Positions 30,271 through 45,555 of a stretch of DNA of 64,000 nt are shown here, one piece after another (the stretch's first letter is position 1; the number at the start of each line of letters is the position of its first letter). The translations under genes were made by a program, and so were the position numbers. The notes beneath the pieces are model-generated. The model had not been told where the DNA came from and did no database searches. It was given only the letters and a program-made list of their open reading frames with translations. Source of the stretch: the human T2T-CHM13v2.0 reference genome, Homo sapiens; NCBI RefSeq assembly GCF_009914755.1, contig NC_060947.1; one strand, 5' to 3'.

Positions 30271-31230
30271 TTCCGCCTCTGTCAGTTGAGCCTTAGCCAC
30301 ACCATTCGCCAACATTGCCAACACCTGCCTGGATACTATGGATGCTGTCGGCTTTTCCGTAAGAAAACTCGATGAAACAGAACAATTTCCTGAAGGGTTC
30401 AGAACTGAGGCCAGCAAGACTCAGCAGGATACCAGGAAGATGTTCACTGGAAGACTATCCCGTGATTTTGTAAGCCAGCTCTTCTCGAATACTTGTCTCA
30501 ATTTGGCAAGATCTTAGACTTCACAATTAAAACCTTCTCAGACACTGGGCTATTCAAGGGGTTTGGATTTGTGCTTTTCAAAGATAGTGCCACGGTTGAA
30601 AAGGTGCTCCAAATGAAAGAGCACAAATTGGATGACAAGAAAATAGATCTTAAAAGGGCTAACGCAATGCAATCTAGATTCCCCTCAAAAAATGGTTTTT
30701 GTGGGTTGGGTGAACCCTCATCTGTCTAAAGGAAAGATCAGACAGTGCTTTGGGACATTTGGAGAGATTAAGAAAATTGAGTTTCCAGTGTGTCCAAAAA
30801 CAAGTAAAAGAAGAGTTTTCTGTTTCATCACATGTACTGATTAAAAATTAGTGAAGAAGCTGTTAGAAACCAGATACCATCGGATTAGCTCAGGGTGAGG
30901 TGAAGTTAAAATTGCCCTCCCGAAAGAAAATATGAAGCCAACACACAAGTGGAGAATTATGTTCCATTTGCTAGGTCAGGCAACCTCTGGAGAGAGAAGG
31001 AGGCTTCTGTGCAAACCCAAATGCTTGTGGAGAAAACTGAGATGCTTGCCGCTGGGCAAACCAAGATGTCTGCGGAGCAAACAGAGATGTTTATTGGGCC
31101 TTTGGAGGTGGTGGAGACCTTTCTTCTGTGCTTGTTGAGGTTCCCTTCTCAGTCTTCAGTGAAGGATTTAGTTCATCTGACCAAGTATAAGGTAATTTCC
31201 ATAATGCCTACAGCTATCAACAGCTATTAG

Positions 31231-31587
<357 letters not shown>

Positions 31588-31697
31588 TGGGAAATAATTT
31601 TTTTGGATATAACTATGGGGCCCATGACTTACGACCTGCATTTACTTACTACTACATGCAAATAAACCAGGTCGCTCCCTTTGATAGTGGTAACCAG

Positions 31698-31779
31698 ATT
31701 TTTTCTTTTCTTTTTTTTTTGAGATGGAGTCTCGCTCTGTGGTCCAGGCTGGAGTGCAGTGGCTTGATGTCTGCTCACT
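31698..31779 (-). mobile_element. Short 5'-truncated Alu inside the pseudogene
   Basis: T tract plus gagatggagtctcgctctg...gctcact. Confidence 0.9.
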
Positions 31780-32026
31780 TATCAACCATTCTGAAGACAA
31801 AAGGTGAAGCCTACACTGTGGAACAACCATCCTCAAATGAAAAGTTTCATTACTCTTATTAAATGCCTGAATGACTATATTATAACAGATTGTTACTATT
31901 TCTTCTTCAACTATTTCCAGCTGTTTTTATTTTTCTGTGACCTTTTGACATTGGAGCTAGGACACAAGAACACAAGGATTTGAGACTCTTTTGTTTTGTT
32001 TTATGGAAGTTAAATGTTTTCTAAAA

Positions 32027-32032
32027 AATAAA
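32027..32032 (+). terminator. Candidate polyadenylation signal of copy B
   Basis: AATAAA ~230 bp after the stop codon, with a downstream GT-rich tract at ~32085-32120. Confidence 0.4.
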
Positions 32033-32669
32033 TGTTTACTAGCATTATAAGAAGCTACTTCTGTAGTGGTTTCTAATTTTGAGCTAGTGTTTTTATTTGT
32101 TTGTTTGTTTGTTTTTTGGTGAGAGGAGTGGGGAATTTTTAGCCCGGTATGTACTTTTGTTTGTTTATTTTTTAAAGGTGGTGTGTTCAGGTTCCAGCTA
32201 CACAGATCCAGGGAAGGAGATCATAGAGTTTTACTCTAGATTTTCTAAATATTCAGCCAGTTCCTTGCACTCATTTAACATTTACAGAGGGTTATTCTAA
32301 GGCAGAAACTCTTCAACTGATAAAATTCAGAGAGAATCAGTTCCCATCTTAAAAGAGACAGAAGGAAACCAAGAAATGTAATACAATGTGGTTAAGTACT
32401 ACATTGCAAAGGATAATGTGGTATTGCAGACACAGGCATCTAAAACAGGTGTTGGGAGTGGGTTGTCAGAAGAGTCGTGCAGTGGGTAGGCCTTTGCCAA
32501 TGGGCTGTGCTAAAAGGAGAGAGCCTGCCAAGCAAACATGCAAAGGTATTGAATAAAGAATTTAGTATGAACTTTGGAAGAGAGCAAAGAGTTATTCTTA
32601 AAAGGGAAACAGGGTGCTTGTGGAAAATAAGGAAAGGGTCGGGGCAGGAGCTTGAGTATCTCTTGCCAA

Positions 32670-32913
32670 CAAAAATATAATGAGTCATCAATGTGATCCA
32701 CTCATGTAATTCTAAATTTTCTAGTAACTACTTTTTCAGAAAGCAAAAAAAAAAAAAAAGTTTATTTAAATAACAAGTTGTATTTAATTTAATATAACCA
32801 ACATATCATTTCAACATATACTACTGATAAAAAAAGATTAATGAGACATTTTACAGCATTGTTTTCACACAAAGTTATCAAAATCCGGTATGTATTTCCC
32901 TTTTATAGCCATC
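32670..32913. mobile_element. MER3/MER33-like hAT-Charlie fragment
   Basis: aaattttctagtaactac...atcatttcaacat...aaatccggtatgtattt. Confidence 0.55.
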
Positions 32914-33272
32914 TGAATTAGTCTGTTTTCATGCTACTGACAAAGACATACTGAGAAATTTACAAAAGAAGGTTTATTGGACTTACAGTTCCACATGGCT
33001 GGGGAGGCTTCACAATCATGGCAGAAGGCAAGGAGGAACAAGTCACATCTTACGTGGATGGCAGCAGGAAAGGAGAGAGCTTGTGCAGAGAAACTCCCAT
33101 TTTTAAAACCATCAGATCTTGTGAGACTCATTCACGGTCATGAGAACAGCACAGGAAAGACCCACCCCTATAATTCAATCACTTCCCACTGGGTTCCTCC
33201 CGTGACATGTGGGAATTGTTGGACTTACAATTGGAGATGAGATTTGGGTGGGGACACAACCAAACCATACCA
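32914..33272 (-). mobile_element. THE1 (THE1B/C-like) 3' LTR
   Basis: Typical THE1 LTR; polypurine tract adjacent at 33273-33288 on the minus strand. Confidence 0.92.
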
Positions 33273-34826
33273 TTCCATCCCTGGCCCCTATAAAATCTCA
33301 TGTCCTCCCATTTCAAAACTAATGCCTTCCCAACAGTCCCCCAAAGTCTTAACTCATTTCAGCATTAACTCAAAAATCCACAGTCCAACATCTCATCTGA
33401 GACAAGGCAGGTCCCTTCTGCCTATGAGCCTGTAAAATCAAAAGCAAGTTAGTTACTTCCTAGATACAATGGGGGAATAGGCATTGAGTAAATGCAGCCA
33501 TTCCAAATGGGAGAAATTGGCCAAAACAAAGGGGCTACACAGCCCCACGGAAGTCCAAAGTCCAGCAGTGCAGTCCAACCTTAAACTGCCAAAATGATTG
33601 CCTTTGACTCCATGTCTCACATCCAGGTCACACTGATGCAAGAGGTGGGGTCCCATGGTCTTGGGCAGCTCCACCCCTGTGGCTTTGCAGGGTATAGCCT
33701 CCCTCCCAGCTGCTTTCATGGGCTGGCACTGAGTGTCTTCAGCTTTTCCAGGTGCACGGTGCAAGTTGTCAGTGGATCTACCATTCTGGGTTCTGGAGGA
33801 TGGTGGCCCTCTTTTAACAGCTCCACTATGTGATGCCCCAATAGGGACTCTGTGTGGGGGCTCTCACCCCACATTTCTCCTACACACTGCAGAGGTTCTC
33901 CATGAGAGCCCTGTCCCTGCAGCAAACTTCAGCTTGGACATCCAGGCGTTTCCATCCATCCACTGAAATCTAGGCAGCGGTTTCCAAACCCCAGTTCTTG
34001 ACTTACGTGCACTGACAAGCTCAACATCACATGGAAGCTGCCAAGGCTTGAGGTTTGCACCCTTTGAAGCCACAGCCTGAGCTCTATGTTGACCCCTTTC
34101 AGCAATGATTGGAGCAGCTGGGACACAAGGCACCAAGTCCCTAAGCTGCACACAGCAGGGGGACCCTGGGCCCAACCCAGGAAACCATGGTTTTCATGCT
34201 AGGCCTCCAGGCCTGTGATGGGAGGCTCTGCCATGAAGACCCCTGACATGCCCTGGAGACATTTTCCCCATTGTCTTGAGGATTAACATTCAGCTCCTCC
34301 TTACTTATACAAATGTTTTCAGCCAGCTTGGATTTCTCCTCAGAAAATGGGATTTTCTTTTCTATTGCATTGTCAGGCTTCACATTTTCTGAACTTTTAT
34401 GCTCTGCTGCCCTTATAAAATTGAATGCCTTCAGAAGCACCCGAGTCACCTCTTGAATGCTTTGCTGCTTAGAAATTTCTTCCACAAATATGCTAAATCA
34501 TCTTTCTCAAGTTCAAAGTTCCACAAATGTCTAGGCAAGGGGCAAAATGCCACCACTCTCTTGCAAAAACATAACAGAGTCACCTTTGCTCCAGTTCCCA
34601 ACAAGTTTCTCATCTCCATCTGAGATCACCTCAGCCTGGAGTTTATTGTCCATATCGCTATCAACATTTTGGGCAAAGCCATTCAACTGGTCCCTAGGAA
34701 GTTCCAAACTCTCCCACATTTTCCATTCTTCTTCTGAGCCCTCCAAACTGTTCCAAACCCTGCCTGTTACCCAGTTCCAAAGTTGCTTCCACATTTTCGG
34801 GTATCTTTTCAGCAGCACCCCACTCT
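33273..34826 (-). mobile_element. THE1 internal region; 5' LTR missing
   Basis: MaLR internal ORF remnants (GRVWNSLEGSEEEWKMWESLELPRD); ends at cagcagcaccccactct. Confidence 0.92.
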
Positions 34827-34834
34827 CGATTTAA

Positions 34835-35461
<627 letters not shown>

Positions 35462-36206
35462 TAAGCGTAAATTCATTATTTCTCTTTGGCAGGGACTCAT
35501 GATTTGTTCAACATTCTTCTTGTGACTATAGATTTTAATTATTAAAAATAGGTTATGCAATTTTGTCAGTTATGTCAAATAAACTATTTGTGATCACAAT
35601 GGTTCAATTAAGCCTCAGGTAGTTATGCATATGTGTATGTATATGTATGTGTTTAGATGCTATCTAAAATAATATGTGAAAGTCCATGTTTAAAGGATTT
35701 GTTATTCTACTTAAGAAAATAATGACAAGGCCATATTTTCATTTATATTCTCATAAGATCTGGATTGACAGTAGAAATGCATATGTAGTAATAATTATAT
35801 GCCCCAATAGCCCACCGAAATTTAAACAGCCAAATTTAATTTGCTGACATTTGAAATGGCTCTTCTAGTAAGACTTGTTACTAGTCAACTTTATACCTCT
35901 CAGACTTCTCCTGCTATTGGTATCTACATCTTCATATTTGGGTTATTTTAGAGAAAAAAAATGCCAAGTTAAATATAATCCTTAAACATCATGAATACCT
36001 GATAAAAAAAGAAAGCAAGGCTGGATGTCATTGTTTCTAAGGTGAATCAAGGTAGGGCCTATAATCTTGTGTTGCTGGAAAAATACATTTAAAATTATGT
36101 CATGGCAGAGTAACTAGTCTCTAATACACATTATGTATGGACCTGCTGAAATCCCCACTTTTGAATATACTTAGAGATAAAAACTCTCCCACATTTGGTC
36201 GGCTTT

Positions 36207-36390
36207 GGTCTACAGCCATCCTCAAACCTGGCTTGTCATATGAATCCCTTGAAAGGCACTGGGAAAAAAGTCCTGTACTCCAACACTCCTGGAAAATTTG
36301 ATTCAGTAGGTCTAGTTTGGGACCAGGCATCTGTTTTTTAAAACTCATCAGGGCGACTCTACTGGTGAGGCAGCTATGAGAACCACGGAG
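36207..36390. mobile_element. MER5A-like DNA transposon
   Basis: tgattcagtaggtct...gggaccaggcatctgtttttt...tgagaaccac. Confidence 0.6.
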
Positions 36391-36544
36391 ATAACTAAAT
36401 GGGAACCTTTTAATCTGCAGATTCTTAATTCTGTAACCAGTGTTACAGGGAGAGCTCATGAAACCCTATGGTTTTATGATTATTGTAAAGAGTATATGTA
36501 CATGAACCAGTCAGTTTTTACTTCATAATATCCCAAAGATCATC

Positions 36545-36620
36545 AAGATAGTATATAAGATAGTATCTGTAAAGATATTTTTAAGATAGTATAAGATAGT
36601 ATATATAAAGGTATTTTTAT
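36545..36620 (+). repeat. Short imperfect tandem repeat (aagatagtat)n
   Basis: Directly visible. Confidence 0.75.
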
Positions 36621-38179
36621 AGTTTTCTTTAAAGCACATTTTTATTGAATTTAAGTTATATGAAAGAAGATCAAACACTTGTTTTCAAAGAAGCACAGGA
36701 GACACCCCCACTGTATAGACCAGCAGTGTTCCTGCTAGTTAATACACTATGACACATTAGTATAGTAGGGGATGTAACATTGTTTTCAATGGTGGACTTC
36801 GAGATGAAATTGAAATTAGAAAATAGTAAAACTCCTAATTTATGGAATAAATTACATTTTCTCTAAATTACTTTTTTTATTTTCCTCAAATCCATTAGAT
36901 TTCTCACTTGCTAATCCCACAATCTGTATTCTTACCAATAATGTGGCAAATCTTACCAATCGTCTGTTGCGAAACTAGCCCTGAAGGGCTGGTAGAATTT
37001 TATAATTTATATTAATGATTGCTTAGAATACTTTTTAGTCATACATAACTTTCAAGCATTCCTTCTATAGCCAAGAGTCTGAGTACAAGTCATGAATAAA
37101 TGTTTGCCACCACTAGAAATACATCCTGGCCTAAAGTCCAAGCTCCTACTGTGGAAGGGGTCTCTGATGTGATGATGGTTGAGATGGACCTAGTTGGTTG
37201 CCTGAGATAAGAAAAGTCCCTTAATATCTATATATTCAGTATGATGCTTTGCGATCATTGTTGACATTAAAGACAATAACGTATAAGTTTTAATTTCCCT
37301 CTATTTATACTTTTTCATAATCTGCAACATTCTTTCTCATATGCAGAAATGTGTAAAAGGGGACTTTTGTAAATAATAGTTGTCAGTTTTACCAGGTATA
37401 GTCCTTGCTATAAAACTACATAATTCATTGGTCTGTAGAAGAGCTATGATATAAGATATATTAAAGGATCTATATAAATGCAAATACAATAAAAAATACA
37501 ATTGATTTTTATGGATTTGAAGTCTTAAATGTAAGTAAAAGCTCCGTAGACTACTAGACACAGTCTGATAAAATGTCAAAATGGTTCCCTAAGGGAAATC
37601 AGGATGATGTTCCAGAATACCATTTTTAACAACCCCCGCTGTTCTTTGATACTCCCTGATTTGCTTGGGGGAAAGGTTGTCACAGAATGCTAAAAAGGCT
37701 CCTAAAAATAAAACCATAAGAAGAGATCACTTAAAGGGAAAAGATACATGGTAGTTGTCTCTAAAATCCTTCTGCTAAAATTCACTCTTTAAATTCCATT
37801 TATACATTCACACAAACACACAGGACTTCTAATGAATCAGTTAAAATCCTATAATAAAAGCTTTCATGGGAAGAAATAAATAACAACCACCACCCAGTAT
37901 TTATAGATTACTATAAGGTCAACATGTTTGAAGAAAACTCATCAGCTAATAGCCATCCCTACTCTCTAGGCACATGATTTATTTCTGCTATATGGAGAGA
38001 AAGATAAAGGTTTGAGAAATTTTCCCAGCCTTTGGAGGCAATCAGTGACAATATTGAAATCTGCCTGCAATCTCCTTATATGAAGTGGTAGAGAAGATCA
38101 ATTATTTTGCCCTAGTCTCACAATCTAAAATTTTTAAAAACACAATAATAATAAAAATAATAGTAATTATCGTATTGTG

Positions 38180-38370
38180 AATACCACCTATTTTCCCTGG
38201 TGTTTTATGTGTGTTATCTTATTTAGTTTAACCCTTACAATGACTGTTTGAAGAAATTGATAATTGTTTATATCACATAAATAAGGAAGGCATGGTTAAC
38301 TTATTTGTGCATAGAAACACAGCTAGCCAGTGACAGACCCAGGTTGTGAATGCAGCTCTTTCAACCTCCC
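38180..38370 (-). mobile_element. MIR fragment
   Basis: ccttacaatgac...ataaggaa..ggttaac...cacagctagccagtgacagacccagg. Confidence 0.5.
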
Positions 38371-38614
38371 TGGGGCCTGTTTACTTTTTACTGTATGACA
38401 CCACATCCTTTAGCATAGCACCATGTGCAGACTAAGTCAGACTAACACTTTCATGATCTTCGAAGAAAAATGTATTCCAGTAAAGATAAGAACAAATTTC
38501 AGAAACATGTAGACTAAACATTACGTGATTAGAACATGAGCTGAGGTAGTAGTGGTAAAAATAGTAAAAATAAATGGAGAAAAAAAGACTACTTTGAAAT
38601 GCAGATAAAAGTTA

Positions 38615-38905
<291 letters not shown>

Positions 38906-40859
38906 AAAAGTTATATTTTCAAATGATAGCACTGCCATGGCACCCAGTTTTCTATGAAAAAAGAAATTAAACTTCAAATAAGAAAGATGATATAATACTT
39001 ATAATGTTTTGTCCTCAATGCTCAATCGACCCAAAATATACTATAAAGTGTATTCGTACACAGGAAAAAACAAGGGACATACACCAAAATTAGTTTTAAT
39101 GATACTAAAGTATTCCTTTTGCCTTCTGATAATAGGAAGCTTCATTTTTAAGCTTTGCCAAATACTGTTTTCCAATTTTCCCAAATATAAATGGAAAATG
39201 AGACAGTAAGTTTGTGAAAAGTTGGGAGTGAGAGAGAAGAGAAATAGAGAGAGACAGAAAGAAAAGCAAATTGAACTCATTTCCAGATATTTCATTTAGG
39301 CAACATTCGTAATTTTGATATGTTAACCCCTTTATCCATTTATTAAATTGCCTTTTCATTTTTACTATATCTTAATATAGTGATTTAAAAACTGCTTAGA
39401 AGAATGAATCACCAACTACACCAGCTTATATGTTACTCCTAACTGGTATACTCACCTATTTATAAAGAGGTGACTCTTATGCCACACCAATCTGTGGATC
39501 ACCAAGCTGGACCCAAAGCTAGGATTTGGGAGTTTTTGCCAGTGATTTATTTTAATACAGTTCCCCCATTTGTGTGTGTATGTGTATATGTGTGTATAGA
39601 AACCTTTACTGCAAGCCTGAAGGTTGCAACAGAAATTGGATAAGGTGAAGTTTCTTCAGTAATCTATGGAACACCCAAAAAATGTCAGCAGAGGCAAGTT
39701 TTAGAAGCTTGAGACAGTGAGTTAAAATCTCTGAACTTAGAAGTCTCTTATGACAACAAATACCAACAACTAATGTCTTTAGAAGACACCTTCCCCCACA
39801 TACTGTGCTAGGATAGAAGAGAGGAGATATAACAAAAAAGGGATTTATTGAAACTGAAATACTCCTTATGTCACTGAGTCACCTTGGAAATAATGAATGA
39901 AACAGTTGGTGGGGAAAAAGAACCATATCTCTGTAGAGCCTATGTGAACAGATATATGACAGGGCATAGAAAAAATATGTGTTTATATACACATATCCAC
40001 AAACACAAATTTTCCTAAAGAACTTCTGACGTCTCAAAAGCCCATGCAAGTAATTTCAACCATATAGGAAAAACTCATAATCTTGAAAATTACCTGAAAA
40101 ACAAGACTTACTTTTAATCCACCAACAATGTGCTGTCTCTGAAGTGAATGTCCTATCTAGACTGTGAGGTTACTAGGGAAAGTATTAGCTGTTTTTGCTG
40201 CTTTCAGGAGTATCATGGGAGAAACAAACCAGAGATTCAGGTGGGAAGTGAGGAATCAGAGCAAGTTTTACATTTAAAAATATATATATTGGAATGGAAG
40301 GAGCATTAAACACTATAGCATAGCGAAAGAAGTTGAAACCAAACTTAGCTATGTCGCTTTTCATACACAACACAAGCAAAGGATTAATGTTTGAGATGTT
40401 AGGGAAATGTGCCCCATTAATTATATGCTGTAGTTTGGGTCTGTAATGGAGACAGCCTTTGAGGTGTACTTAAAATAAAAATGTTGATTCTGTATATAAT
40501 CATCCTAAACACTTATCACAAGGATTTATACTGTACTTCCAATATTTCATTTGGTGGTGACTACAACAATCCACATAGGGCACTTACATGATAACTATGG
40601 CTTGAAGCTACAAATGTCATTGCCAGCCTCCTCAAACCATTTGGTCATTTATTCAGTCTTGAATGGATGACTTCTGTAAATAGGGCTCTGGATTAGGCGT
40701 TTTGTGTGTATATATGTGTGTAGAGAGAAGGCAATTTAATAAGAAGGAAAAGGAAGCATAGTTCTTAGAGTTGGAAAGATCATAATTTAGCTGGAGAGAA
40801 AACACAGCCACACAGACACCCCAACAATATGTACAAAATGAATTAGTTGCTGGATTAGA

Positions 40860-42090
40860 AACCTTAAAAACCTGTTATCATACTAATGATAAATAGACAA
40901 ATAAATACATAAATACAGAGGTGAAGAATGGGATAGTCCCTGATAAATTTACAGGAATTGATGCAGTTAGAATAAATCATCATTTTGCAGCACCATCATG
41001 GTAAATATTGATACTGGTAAAAATCATCAGTGAACACTAAATCTGGAGGGGATGAATTGATCAGGAGTAGGATCTTTTTATGGTATTAAGTAATCCCACA
41101 GATTACTTATTACTGTTAAAGCAAAATAAGCAGGAGGCCATTATCCTGGGTTGTTTGTGTACCTGAAACCCAGTTTATGCAAGCAAACTGAAACTTAGAG
41201 GCATTCCTTGTAGCTGATTAATTTTGAGGAAAAAAAAACAATTAGCAAACTAAATTTCAGCCAATCAAAAACAGCCAACTAACCATTAGTTATATAACTA
41301 AAGTCATTCCCCTGAATTATACCCAAATAAGGCAGATGCCTAGCTGTAGCCAATCAAGTAATTACTTTGCTTCTGCATTCAATCTACAAAAGCCAGCTGC
41401 TCATACTGCTAAAGCGGAACTCTCTCAACATATTCTGGTTTTGAGTACTGCCAAATTCATGTGTCCTTAAGTGCTCAAAAAAAAATCTGTTAAATTTATT
41501 TTGTCTAAAGTTTTTTCTTTTAACATTACATTCAGGTGAATGATAGTAACTATTCCGGTGAGAAATCAGCAACATTTTTATCTAAATAATAAAAATCAAC
41601 ATCACCAATGAGATGCAGATGTACATCATGTTTAGGGATGTGACACCATAGGGAGGACTTACTTATGTAGTATTCCATCCTGGGTTGCATAACCTAAATC
41701 TACCCATCAGGAAACAAGAGACAAATACCAAATGAAGAACACTTTTTTAAAAGCCTACATTCTTCAAAACTGTAATCACCTTAAAAGAGAAAGAAGGGCT
41801 GATGAATTGTTCCCAACTAAAAACTTGTGATTAGGTTAACTTAAAAAGTCACAATATGGATGGTAAATTAGGAAGGGACTGTCTTTATTCTTAGAAAACA
41901 CAGACTGAAGCATTTAGGGATGAAGGGTGAGGAGGTATGATGCTTGCAACTTATCTTCTAGTGGTTCATAAATGCACCTGTGGGTGTGAGGAGCAAGTGA
42001 GAAAAACTAGTATGTGACTCTTGTAAAGGTTATCAGATGTGCTTTATACTATTCTTGCAACTTTCATCAATTTTTAAAATTATTTCCAAA
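40860..42090 (+). mobile_element. Old L1 (L1ME/MC-type) 3' region, split by an LTR
   Basis: aaatcatcattttgca..., tcaacatcaccaatgag..., tttatactattcttgcaacttt...tttccaaataaa. Confidence 0.55.
41114..41525 (+). mobile_element. Solo ERV1 LTR, MER57/MER93-like
   Basis: Inverted termini TGTTAAAG...CTTTAACA, perfect 4-bp TSD ttac, CCAAT boxes. Confidence 0.8.
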
Positions 42091-42139
42091 TAAACATAAA
42101 ACGAAGAGTGAATTTATTAGTCTTTGTTTTCCCCTTCCC

Positions 42140-42140
<1 letters not shown>

Positions 42141-42178
<38 letters not shown>
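42141..42178 (+). repeat. (CA)n microsatellite
   Basis: Directly visible. Confidence 0.95.
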
Positions 42179-42180
<2 letters not shown>

Positions 42181-42899
42181 TGGATTTGGGTATTTTTAAA
42201 TACTCTATACCTTGTTTTGTTGCAAGTCCATAGCTGCCCAGAAGTCTAAACCAGAAACTTGGAAATCATATGCAAACTTTTCCCTCTATCTCCTACTTTC
42301 CTAATTTTATTTCACTTGTCCGTCAGCAGCATCAGCAAATCTATCATCCAGAATCTTGATTGTGCTTCTACAGACAAAGACAATATCATCAAAATATCAT
42401 TGTTCCTAAATCAATTTGTAAATATTAACCAACATTTTTTTAACTAGACCAGCTAATTCTAGAGTTCATGCAGAAAAATAAGTAAATAATAATACTCCTA
42501 AAAATTGAAAAAGAAGAGCAAGCAGGAGAAACCATCCCTGTTAGGTATTAAATTTTAACATAAAGTCCCAAAATAAAATCTGGTAATATTACTGCATGAA
42601 CTGACAGACAGATCAATACAACAGAATAGAAAATGTAGAAGTTGAGCCAATGTTTAGTGATATGGAAAGACATCACATTAACAAATTAGCAGCTGTTAAA
42701 TGTGAAATGTGCTATAAGAATTAGGTATATGGGAGCCAGAGGTCGGAGGGGGACTTCTCACATCTACCTGTTCATGCTCACTCAGTTCTGAACTATGTGA
42801 ATCTATTCACAAAATTAAATAAATTTTAAATTTATTTTATGTGTTTATTAAATTAAACATATTTATTTAAATTTTAAAAATAAAACAAAAACAAGCACA

Positions 42900-43252
<353 letters not shown>

Positions 43253-44328
43253 AGACATCCATGAAAAATTTACATACAGAAAGGCCTAGCAGCTAACAGG
43301 CTACTGATTAAAATTGATTATAATTGATATTTCACATATTTTATATACACACACACACATATATATGAAAAAAGTTTGTTACTTTCTCTGATAGTTACTT
43401 CTTTACAGGAGACGCTTCAGGCTAAGAGAATAGACAAACTGTATTACAGAAAGCTTAGGAAATGCCAGTTGCAAATATCAGAAGCCTTATATTATATAAC
43501 CTTAAGTAATTTAGGATTAACTAGAGCCTAATCAATTGCAAAGGTGTCAGCCAACCAATCACTATGACATGGGTGGCTGACATTCTGTATTTCATACCAG
43601 AACAGGGAGATTCAATGTTTAGATAACATACTTTCAAGCTTAGTGCTACCTTTCAAATATGCACACTATGTGTTGATAAACAGTAGTAGAAAGGGCCACT
43701 GGTTTGCTCACCTCATTCCCTAAAATCTGGAGATCGTGGATGAAATGCATTGGTGTTCCTGAATGGGAAGAACTGGAGGCTGAATAGGTCCTATTACTAG
43801 TAGCTATTATTAGTGACCCATCCTCCGATAGACAGTAAAAAAGAAAAATTTTTCTCAGAAATCAAGCATGGTTTTTAGCTCTTACTGTTTTAAATCATGG
43901 TCTATATTTTATATAAGTAAATTTTGTTTATCCACACTTAATTACTTATGAAATAAATAAAATCAATAATACAAATAATCAAAAGTGAAACTGTTTTATT
44001 CTTACCCACTTGGTCAAACTTTTAGCACTATAAAATTTAAATAGAGTATATTAACATCTTTTCTTTATGTATGATAAAAATATCACCAAAGACAGTATTT
44101 GTCATATCAAGGAATTGTATACATTTCTAATGTTTTCATCCAACTACAACTTAGTTGACCTTTTAAATAACAGTGTTTGAAATCCATTTTGAGGAGTTTG
44201 AGGAGTCCTCACTCCTTAATCTCTCCATGGTCACACTTTTGCTCAAATTCTTCCTTCTGGTTTTGTTCACTTACCACATTTCCTTCCAAGACAAAGTTGT
44301 TGATTAAGATGCTTCTTCATTTACTAAT

Positions 44329-44915
44329 TGTTGTACACAGAATTCTAAGATGTTCCCCAGTGAGTCAAGCCCTTACATAATTTTCTCTTGAGTGCCGGCA
44401 AAACCTGTGACTTTCTTCTAGCCAGTAGAATATGGCAAAGGATTCCCTTGATAAGATTATGTTATATGGCAAGGATATTACATTACTTTATATAAGACTG
44501 TCTCAGCCAACTGGAGTGAGATATTTTCCTGTTGGCTTTGAAAAAGTAAGTTGCCATGTTGTGAGGGGACCTGGGAAAGGGCAATGTGGCAAGGAACTAC
44601 AGGGTTCTCTAGGAGCTGAGAGTGGCCCCCCAGCAGATGACCACCAAGAAGGACCACCTCAGCCTTTAACTACAAGCACCAGATTTCTGCTTACAGCCAC
44701 ATGAGCTTGTTTGCTTGTTTCCTACAGAAATGCACTCAACCTGGCCAACATCTAGAGTGCAGTTTTGTGAGATACTGAGATCTCTGATCTCTCTGACCTA
44801 GTTAGGGTCATATCAAGATTCCTGAAGCACAAAAACTTATGAGATGATAAAAGTATGTGGTTTGTAAGCCACTAAATTTGCAGTAATTTGTTAGATAGTA
44901 ATAGAAAACTAATAA
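44329..44915 (+). mobile_element. MLT1 (E/F-like) MaLR LTR
   Basis: agaattctaagatg start; taagccactaaatttgcagtaatttgtt...aactaata end. Confidence 0.75.
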
Positions 44916-45198
44916 AGTCATTCAATTTTCACTTCTAAGAAACTTTCATTCTTCCAATCATTGAAATCTCACATATAAGAATCTTTTGTTAAATAATAGT
45001 AAGGTGGGTTAAAAAACTCCCCAAGTCTCTAAGTAGTCAAGACATTGTTCACAAAATCCATTTACTCAAACATAACAATGAAGTGGGATTTTTTTTTTAG
45101 CGAGGTTATAAATTACATTTATTTTACAGTCACTTTTCATATATCATTTAGTGAGAATTGGAGCTTTGGAAGCATATCAAAAGAGAAAAATTTTAATG

Positions 45199-45555
45199 CA
45201 GCATTCTTCAAAGTGTTGTCATGGACTATCTGCATTTGTATCACTTTGGTGTTTATTAAAAATGTGGCATCCCAGCCCACTTTCACACCTACTGGATTTG
45301 AAGTTCTGAGGCGCAGAAATCTACATTTTAAAAAGCTTCCCCAGAGAATTATTTCTGCAGGTAAAACTTTAGAACGAATGCATTAGCACTGGTTTGCAAC
45401 CTTGGCTGTCCATTAGATAGACTTAGGGAGCTTTCAAAATATACCCATCCCTAGGCCCCACTCAAATAGTGGAGAATCTCTTGTTTTGGACCCAGACATA
45501 GGCAGAACACTCCCCATGTGCTTCTTTTTTCAACTATGGTTGAAAATCACTGCTT
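45199..45555. mobile_element. Two adjacent MER5-type elements
   Basis: cagcattcttcaaagtg...; ggtttgcaaccttggctg..ttgaaaatcactg. Confidence 0.55.

Noticed and set aside
33453-34834. Dense overlapping ORFs on both strands
   Set aside because: All lie within THE1-int; decayed MaLR internal ORF and GC-richer composition explain them
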